A DNA stretch of 64,000 nt from a virus: IMG/VR virus record IMGVR_UViG_3300033273_000392, positions 32,001 through 96,000 of that record; one strand, written 5' to 3'. Below, one piece after another: positions 57,826-64,000 of the stretch (its first letter is position 1; each line of letters starts with the position of its first letter). The notes under the pieces are model-generated. The model did no database searches. It was not told the origin of the DNA and saw only the letters and a list, made by a program, of their open reading frames with translations. Both the position numbers and the translations under genes were made by a program.

Positions 57826-59558
57826 TATTTTATAATTTTAACACGTTCTGTAAAGCTGTCAGGGAAAAAGCCCTTTTTATTTATCAGGCTATTAAAGCAA
57901 GCATCTAGGATATATGTAACCGCCCAGTCATCCTCATTTCGGACGCTACGGCCAACTCCTTGCATAATAGATACGCCGGTCTTCCAGTCATACCAATCTA
58001 CATACTTGCCCATCTTAGCCTTAACAAGCGGATCACCTAATGATGGATATGGAACCTTAAAGAATATCTGGAATCGACTATTATCGTCTTTTAAATCTAA
58101 TCCTTCAATAAGAGATGGACCCATCAGTATTGACCCTTCTTTATACTTAAAGATATCTAATTGTTCTGCCTTTTCTTTAGATCCGCTATAGTCCATAATC
58201 CTCCATCCATGTTGGCTATGCTGCTTAATGTATTCTGTAAAGGCATAACTCCCTGTATGAATAATGCCACGTTGCCCTTTATGCTTATCAAGAATCTTAT
58301 CAAGGACCTCTACCACCTTAGGTAAGTTACGCTCACGTTCCCTGTAAGAAAGCTTGTGTCGGTTCACAAAGATAACAGGAGACTTATCATAGTTGAATTG
58401 ATTACCTAGGCGAATCACCTTAGCAGACTGGATTCCCATGTGCTTAGCAAAACTTCTAATATCACCTAAGGTAGCCGACATAAAAATCTTGAAGCCAGCC
58501 TTCTCAAGAAGAAATTGCTTGACCATATTAGATTCTTCGACACACATAAACTTAGTCTCTTTATCATCGCGATCAATAACCATAGAGTCAACGCCATGTT
58601 CTTTGATGATATCATGGTAGTCATCAAACTTACACCATATATCTTTCATCTTATCCATGATAACAAAGAATGTGGCCCAATCCTTAGGAACCGCAGAATC
58701 ACCAGGGAAAGCCTTCTTACAACGAACACGCCCGGCTTGATGAACCTTACGGTAAACCGTGGCTAACCATCTCATATCAGCAATGGCCTTCATAAGTTCA
58801 TTAGGATCCTCTTCATGCATAAGGTCATAGATAATAGTCTTGATTCGACTTTCACTAACCGTGCTTTGACCCAATCCATTTCTCATAGAGAACTTATTAG
58901 CTGATCTAAACAGATTTATCATGTCCTCATCAACCCTAGGAGCAAAATGATTTTGCACGATACTATCGATCTTATGTGCCTCATCAAAGAATACAAAGTC
59001 GCGCTTCTTAAATGGAACCTCTTTATTGTCTTGCAGCAACTTATCTTCTACATAGTTACGTTGAATAAGCCAATAGTTATAGTTCAATAGGCTTACTGGC
59101 TGTTCTATAGCCCTCTTTCTGCTCTGAAGATATCCACAATGCTTGAAACATTTTAGCTGCTTCTCAGCCGCCTCGTATCCCATTCCCTTAAACTTGCATA
59201 CACCTAGGCTAAAGGTGTTTCCATTAACATGGCATTCATAGTTGTCGACTCCACGAACAGAAGGCCATTTGAGCTTCAACCTTGAAAAATCATTTTCATA
59301 TTGGTCCTGCAACATAAGATCAGAAGTCACAAGGTATCCCTGGTTTCCCATCTCTTTAAAGATGTATGAACACCACATAGCGATAATAGACTTACCTGTT
59401 CCAGTAGGTGCGTCTAAAATAACTGTAGATTCGGGATCCTCTAGATAAGCTTCACAGATCTGTACGATCGTCTCTCGTTGATTTAGCCTAAATGTAAAGT
59501 TAGGGCCGAATACACCTGCCTTAAGGGCAGAATCTATAATCTTATTTATATTGTTCAT
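57825..59558 (-). CDS. dinG: DinG/XPD-family SF2 helicase with probable Fe-S cluster
   Basis: DAPTGTGKS, four Cys after RGVDNYEC, FDEAH, MSATL, EGLDL, KVPYP, QGVGRSVR. Confidence 0.88.
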   Translation of the reverse strand: MNNINKIIDSALKAGVFGPNFTFRLNQRETIVQICEAYLEDPESTVILDAPTGTGKSIIAMWCSYIFKEMGNQGYLVTSDLMLQDQYENDFSRLKLKWPSVRGVDNYECHVNGNTFSLGVCKFKGMGYEAAEKQLKCFKHCGYLQSRKRAIEQPVSLLNYNYWLIQRNYVEDKLLQDNKEVPFKKRDFVFFDEAHKIDSIVQNHFAPRVDEDMINLFRSANKFSMRNGLGQSTVSESRIKTIIYDLMHEEDPNELMKAIADMRWLATVYRKVHQAGRVRCKKAFPGDSAVPKDWATFFVIMDKMKDIWCKFDDYHDIIKEHGVDSMVIDRDDKETKFMCVEESNMVKQFLLEKAGFKIFMSATLGDIRSFAKHMGIQSAKVIRLGNQFNYDKSPVIFVNRHKLSYRERERNLPKVVEVLDKILDKHKGQRGIIHTGSYAFTEYIKQHSQHGWRIMDYSGSKEKAEQLDIFKYKEGSILMGPSLIEGLDLKDDNSRFQIFFKVPYPSLGDPLVKAKMGKYVDWYDWKTGVSIMQGVGRSVRNEDDWAVTYILDACFNSLINKKGFFPDSFTERVKIIK

Positions 59559-59977
59559 TGGTCATTCCAACAGATAACCTCTTCAACGCTGATTCCAGCT
59601 TCTTTTAATAGCTCAACTCCGGACATATCTCTATATGATTCAGAGTAGTAAACTTCTTCGATGCCCGCTTGAATAATAAGCTTAGCGCAATCAAAACATG
59701 GCGCAGTTGTAGTATAAAGCGTAGCTCCGTTAGATGACATGGTTGACTTAGCAATCTTAGTAATCGCATTAGATTCAGCATGCAAAACCGAAGGAAGAGT
59801 ACAGTCATTCTCTTCACAGCAATTATCAAATCCCTTTGGAGTTCCATTATATCCAAATGAAACGATTTGCTCATCCTTAATGATGATACATCCAACCTTT
59901 CTACGTTCAGCATAACTCAACTTTGCAGTCTGATATGCTATCTGCATGTAGATCTTATCAATTGGTATTCTTGGCAT
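59555..59977 (-). CDS. cd: dCMP deaminase
   Basis: KVGC, GYNG, HAESNAI, PCFDC. Confidence 0.92.
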   Translation of the reverse strand: MPRIPIDKIYMQIAYQTAKLSYAERRKVGCIIIKDEQIVSFGYNGTPKGFDNCCEENDCTLPSVLHAESNAITKIAKSTMSSNGATLYTTTAPCFDCAKLIIQAGIEEVYYSESYRDMSGVELLKEAGISVEEVICWNDQ

Positions 59978-59980
59978 AAT

Positions 59981-60011
59981 AAAAAAGGTCTACATTTTAT
60001 ATGCAGACCTT
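59981..60011 (-). terminator. Rho-independent terminator overlapping a middle-type promoter
   Basis: Minus strand AGGTCTGCAT-ATAAA-ATGTAGACCT-TTTTT. Confidence 0.7.
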
Positions 60012-60022
60012 CCTTAAAGTTT
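59997..60022 (-). promoter_or_regulatory. Putative middle-type promoter AAAC-N17-TATAA upstream of dCMP deaminase/DinG
   Basis: Minus strand TAAAC tttaaggaaggtctgca TATAA. Confidence 0.6.
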
Positions 60023-60031
60023 ACTTATCTA

Positions 60032-60718
60032 TTATTCCCCGCTCCAAGCTTCTTTCATTTCTTCAATCTTCTTTGCGTAAGCATCTTTCATCTCATTGCA
60101 ATTAGCCTCAAAGGTTTCGGCAGTCATATCACCCTCCTTAACCTGCTTCCACGCCTCTTGCATTGCATCCGCTGCTAGATTAGCAGCAAGCGCAGCGTTT
60201 TCTTTCATGTAGCCTTCTAAAGTGTGGTCTGGGTAATCATCTTGCTCATAAGCAACTGCCTCTGCGACACACTTATCGTATGCTTCTTTCATCATTTCAG
60301 AAACTACGATCTCTTCTGATTCTTCTGCAGGCTCTTCAGCGTCTACGTCAGTAGGCTCCTCAGCTGGTTCTTCTTCTGCAGGTTCCTCAGCTGGTTCTTC
60401 TTCTGCAGGTTCTTCAGCTGGCTCCTCTTCTGCAGGTTCCTCAGCTGGCTCCTCTTCAGCTTCTTCAGCTTCAGCTTCTTCTTCAGATTCTTCCTCCCCT
60501 GCTTCTTCAGCGTCTTCCTCTTCGGCTTCTTCTTCAGCCTCTTCCTCCGCAGCATCACCCTCTTCTTCAGACTCCTCTTCAGCTTCCTCAGGAGCGTCTA
60601 CCTCCTCTTCTTCAATTTCTTCAGCGCCAGCTTCCTCGTCTTCTAGGTCCTCTTCGCTTACTTTAGGCATGTTCTTATTAGAGAAATACTCTTCAAAGGT
60701 TAATATCTTTCTGCTCAT
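60032..60718 (-). CDS. Extremely acidic low-complexity protein, probably head-internal
   Basis: ILTFEEYF N-terminal motif, E/A/P tract, GATATATA at 60740-60747. Confidence 0.6.
   Translation of the reverse strand: MSRKILTFEEYFSNKNMPKVSEEDLEDEEAGAEEIEEEEVDAPEEAEEESEEEGDAAEEEAEEEAEEEDAEEAGEEESEEEAEAEEAEEEPAEEPAEEEPAEEPAEEEPAEEPAEEEPAEEPTDVDAEEPAEESEEIVVSEMMKEAYDKCVAEAVAYEQDDYPDHTLEGYMKENAALAANLAADAMQEAWKQVKEGDMTAETFEANCNEMKDAYAKKIEEMKEAWSGE
60352..60456. repeat. 27-bp tandem repeat (about 4 copies) encoding EEEPAEEPA
   Basis: cagctggttcttcttctgcaggttcct unit at 60361, 60388, 60415, partial 60442. Confidence 0.85.
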
Positions 60719-60753
60719 TTTTAAGTTATTTTGTTTTTTTATATATCAGTCTA

Positions 60754-63090
60754 TTATATAAGTCTTTTCTCAAGGTCTCTTCTCATCTTAACAAGCTTAG
60801 TAATACTAGCTTCCACGCTATCTAATCTACTTCCGTATTCATCAGATATTGGTCCACCTTCCATCTCAGCTTCTTGTTCCATATCAAATAAAAGCCGTTG
60901 TCTGTCAAGGTATAGTCCATTTAACTCTTTATTGAGCTTTTCAAGTTTAGCATAAACTTTCTTTATGTCCCTTTCTGCCATTTGTCTTTCTACATTAGCT
61001 CTTTTATCTAACTCAGCTCTTTTTGCTCTCATAGCCATAAGTACTGGGTCATTAATGTCCATTGCCTCATTTACAAATTCAGAGTACTTCTTGACAATAC
61101 CCTTATTTTCTTCTAGGTTGTTAAACTGTTCCATGTTGTTATATATCTGTTCTTTCATGGCATCTATCTCTTTTGACTTATCGATGGCCCAATCAACTCC
61201 TTCATCTCCTCCCCAAATCAACCAAGCAACATATCCTTTATCCTTCCACGGCGTATCTTTGTGCTCGGCAGAAATCTTTGAGTTCTTTCTATGTCTGTTA
61301 AACGCAGCCATACGCTTTACCGTTTCAGCAGATAGGTTTTCACCGTTAGCAAGCTGATTTGCTCTAGCCCATCCAACTGGAGTACCGGCATCAACCTCAT
61401 CTCTACCGTACTTGTCTCTCCACTCCAACGCCTTCTTTGCATTAGCCTTTGCTGCTGCAGGATAATCGTTATATGATTCTTCATTTAACGATGCCTCGGT
61501 AGTATAGACTACATTAGATCCAGACCACACATTTTGAGAAACCTCATAGTATGTCTGTCCTTCATACCTTCTTTTTATAACGCTCCAGTCTCCAGGAAGA
61601 GTCTTAAGAGATTTCTTTATGTATGCCATGTAGAATCTCCCTCTCTTAGAATCAATCTCACTCTTACCATCAGGTGAATCACCCTTAGGTGGAATGTACA
61701 ATGATTCTACTTTAAAGCCCGAATCCAATATATCTACGATAGCTTCTTTCATGATAGCCACGACCGTTGATAGAACTCTAAACTGTTCATGCATATTAGT
61801 CTGGCTTTCATCACCCTTATCTCTATCTGCAAGATTAAACGAAGCGGTTAGTACAACGTATCTTTTGTATTTAGGCTCCTTTTTAGGTTCACCTCCAAAT
61901 GAAAGTTGAAGGACGCCTTCTTTGTGCAGTCCGCCATTTAGCTTACAAATATACTTAACCCCGTCATCATTTATAAACTCCCATGTAAATTCAGCGTCCA
62001 TTCCGCCGTTACCTTTAGAGTTTGTTTTAACCTTAGAATCAAATGAGCCAAGTACCTTTTTAATAGTATCGCCGACTGGCTTATACCTAAACACCTTAGC
62101 AGAAGCGTCTCCGATCTCATTTAGCATGTAGGCCTCAAACGTATATGCCGGGTTACTAGAAATAAAGTCCTTTTTTCTCATAATAGTTTTAGCTATGATT
62201 TGGTTCACCCGCTTTACAAAAGGAATGTTTAGGTCGGTTCTTTTATCCTTAACGATAAACTCATCATATTGCTTCATAAACTTATCAAACTGCTTCTTTT
62301 TCTTGGCGAGCCTCTTAAAGAATCCAATAAGTTCAGCATCGGTAATGTCTTTATCATGTTCGACTCTAGTAAGTCTGTCGAAAAAGTGTTTTGTAAATTC
62401 TACGTCAGTCGGATCTAGAATGTCATCAGCATAATCTTCGATTCTATCCATATTAACCTTTTCCGATACAAAGCCATGTGCGTATCTTTCTCCGTTTCTT
62501 AACAATGCAGAAACTCTTGAGTAACCGTCAATCAACTCTCCATCTATAACGACAATTTCAAAGTCTAAGTCGTATTCACTTACATCATCGGAATGATATC
62601 GTTGTTCACCGCTCTTATAATACGCAGCTAAGTCAGAATCGGTTTTAAGCAATTTCTTAAGATCGATTTTTGTCATCTTAAAGTCTTTAGAAGTTACATC
62701 GTCTTCGAATCCCCATGGAATATCATCCTCTTCTGGAGTAATGCTAACTATATGGTCCCATACTTCTTCGCCAGACCATTTTCTTTCAACAATAAGAGAT
62801 TCATCCATCTTATCTAAAAGATCCTGTCGATCGAGCTGCTTATAAACCTCCCTTCTAGTCTTCTCCATTTTTTCAGCATACTTAGGATCGTCATTTCTGT
62901 TAAAGACAATCTGCTGAGTAAGAGAACCGCTAATCTTCTTAACGTCACCCTTTCTAGTCTTTATAAGCCATGCAGCAAGGTCCTTAATAGAAAGATCTTT
63001 AAATCTGCCTTCTGCATCAGGTGCATCTGAGTGATGAAAGTCAGGTGCTCCCTTAGGCTTCTTTTCATATAGAGGCTTTACGTATTTCAT
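60754..63090 (-). CDS. Multidomain (polyvalent) putative head-internal protein
   Basis: Several distinct modules separated by hydrophobic-x-E sites; start MKYVKPLYE just after GATATATA at 63096-63103. Confidence 0.6.
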   Translation of the reverse strand: MKYVKPLYEKKPKGAPDFHHSDAPDAEGRFKDLSIKDLAAWLIKTRKGDVKKISGSLTQQIVFNRNDDPKYAEKMEKTRREVYKQLDRQDLLDKMDESLIVERKWSGEEVWDHIVSITPEEDDIPWGFEDDVTSKDFKMTKIDLKKLLKTDSDLAAYYKSGEQRYHSDDVSEYDLDFEIVVIDGELIDGYSRVSALLRNGERYAHGFVSEKVNMDRIEDYADDILDPTDVEFTKHFFDRLTRVEHDKDITDAELIGFFKRLAKKKKQFDKFMKQYDEFIVKDKRTDLNIPFVKRVNQIIAKTIMRKKDFISSNPAYTFEAYMLNEIGDASAKVFRYKPVGDTIKKVLGSFDSKVKTNSKGNGGMDAEFTWEFINDDGVKYICKLNGGLHKEGVLQLSFGGEPKKEPKYKRYVVLTASFNLADRDKGDESQTNMHEQFRVLSTVVAIMKEAIVDILDSGFKVESLYIPPKGDSPDGKSEIDSKRGRFYMAYIKKSLKTLPGDWSVIKRRYEGQTYYEVSQNVWSGSNVVYTTEASLNEESYNDYPAAAKANAKKALEWRDKYGRDEVDAGTPVGWARANQLANGENLSAETVKRMAAFNRHRKNSKISAEHKDTPWKDKGYVAWLIWGGDEGVDWAIDKSKEIDAMKEQIYNNMEQFNNLEENKGIVKKYSEFVNEAMDINDPVLMAMRAKRAELDKRANVERQMAERDIKKVYAKLEKLNKELNGLYLDRQRLLFDMEQEAEMEGGPISDEYGSRLDSVEASITKLVKMRRDLEKRLI

Positions 63091-63106
63091 TATGCTATAT
63101 ATCAAT

Positions 63107-63134
63107 AAAAAAAGGGGGACCGAATGGTCCCCCT
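63107..63134 (-). terminator. Rho-independent terminator
   Basis: Minus strand GGGGGACC-ATTC-GGTCCCCC-TTTTTTT. Confidence 0.85.
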
Positions 63135-63175
63135 ACTAGCCCCCTAAGTTATTAATTTTATACGGCACTTAAAAA

Positions 63176-63418
63176 TTAGCCATTTACTGACTCTGATCCA
63201 ACAACTTCTTGCATTAGGTTATCTATGAGGGTCAGGCGCTCACTAGCGTCTGCGATCTTCCCTACCTGTTTGTCCATCTCATCAATAATTTGAGGATGTT
63301 CACCTATACCTACTGAGTTGTTCGCGTAAATCATTAGAGTCGCGACGGCTTCTAACTTTTGGGCTTTGTACTTAGCTTTTAAAGCTTCAAATTTCATTTT
63401 AGTTATTTCGATATTCAT
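63176..63418 (-). CDS. Small helical phage protein (VGIGEHP motif)
   Basis: Motif recalled from T4-like marine phages; ATGA overlap with upstream gene. Confidence 0.65.
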   Translation of the reverse strand: MNIEITKMKFEALKAKYKAQKLEAVATLMIYANNSVGIGEHPQIIDEMDKQVGKIADASERLTLIDNLMQEVVGSESVNG

Positions 63419-63612
63419 ACTCTGCATTTGCATTTTGTTTTACCGTTGTTAATAACTTCCTGCAAACCTGAAAAGATAATCGCAAATCCCATGAGATCCC
63501 AGAATCGATCTTCTCCTAAATGTAGGAATGATATTAAAACGAACATTATACTACATGTGTAAAAATATGTTTCACCAAGAGACTTAAAAAGTCTAATAAA
63601 CCAATTTTTCAT
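63415..63612 (-). CDS. Small membrane protein (two hydrophobic segments)
   Basis: YTCSIMFVLISFLHL and LMGFAIIFSGL. Confidence 0.55.
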   Translation of the reverse strand: MKNWFIRLFKSLGETYFYTCSIMFVLISFLHLGEDRFWDLMGFAIIFSGLQEVINNGKTKCKCRV

Positions 63613-63643
63613 TTTTTCAATAATTTATATAACCAAGTGTTAA

Positions 63644-64000
63644 TTACAAATTTGACAACGTATTGACATATTTGAGAACTGCGAGGTCCTTGGCCTTAGC
63701 CTCGAGCTCAATATCAAGTTCCAATCCATATGGATCGATGTAGTCATAGATATAGTCTGCATGCGCACGATCCATGACAGATTCATCCTCGTAAACTGAC
63801 TTAGCACTAGAGTAGTGACATAGCTGACGAATGTCCTTTGGCCACGTCATAGCAGCTAGATTAATAGCTTGTTCTTGCGTCAATTTACCAGGATGGCACC
63901 AGTGGTGGTGGTAGTCAAATGTAATAGGAATACCCCGCTCAATGTAAAGAGCATGTAGATCTTCAACTGCATATTGAGCAGGCTTATCATCGTTCTCTAC
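63644..64000 (-). CDS. uvsE: UV-damage endonuclease (UvsE/UvdE), C-terminal part (starts beyond window)
   Basis: Manual translation VENDDK..IPITFDYHHH..TW..HYSS..RAHADY..IELEAKAKDLA. Confidence 0.9.
   Translation of the reverse strand, partial: VENDDKPAQYAVEDLHALYIERGIPITFDYHHHWCHPGKLTQEQAINLAAMTWPKDIRQLCHYSSAKSVYEDESVMDRAHADYIYDYIDPYGLELDIELEAKAKDLAVLKYVNTLSNL

Noticed and set aside
57825-59558. DinG helicase as a marker of a type IV CRISPR-Cas system
   Set aside because: No cas-like genes or repeat-spacer array seen; context is a replication operon
60352-60456. 27-bp repeats as a CRISPR array
   Set aside because: Head-to-tail repeats without spacers, in frame within a coding sequence
125-62434. 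Many plus-strand ORFs in the track (e.g. 9988..10734, 52679..53236) and short nested minus-strand ORFs
   Set aside because: They lie antisense to or out of frame within well-supported genes and show no recognisable motifs
1-64000. Stop-codon reassignment as seen in some large phages
   Set aside because: Long genes are intact in the standard code and pack end to end

Overview
A 64-kb segment of a large T4-related (myovirus-type, probably jumbo) dsDNA phage genome. Essentially all real genes are on the minus strand, densely packed and read in the standard code. A Bacteroidota (flavobacterial) host is inferred from the NrdA/NrdB type and from A-rich starts without Shine-Dalgarno motifs. In transcription order (right to left) the window holds: a UvsE fragment; putative head-internal proteins; dCMP deaminase and a DinG-like helicase; baseplate/tail genes with an embedded ribosomal protein S1 homolog and an amidoligase; large tail/fibre proteins and a spanin-like protein; RuvC-like, gp32, primase, UvsY and UvsW; a cluster of capsid-targeting-signal proteins including an RNA-ligase-like and HxGH nucleotidyltransferase pair; a small terminator-flanked cassette; a putative DNA base-hypermodification operon ending in the N-terminal half of a split family-B polymerase; nrdB; and partial nrdA. 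The best candidate for an undescribed system is the modification operon (DUF6378-like, T4 beta-glucosyltransferase-like N-domain fused to an SGNH-like domain, divergent aGPT-Pplase-family protein, PLP enzyme, gp56-like dNTPase, PolB-N). Two promoter classes are visible: AAAC-N17-TATAA before replication operons and GATATATA mostly before virion genes. No tRNA, CRISPR array or mobile element was recognised. All family calls come from motif recognition by eye; no searches were run.
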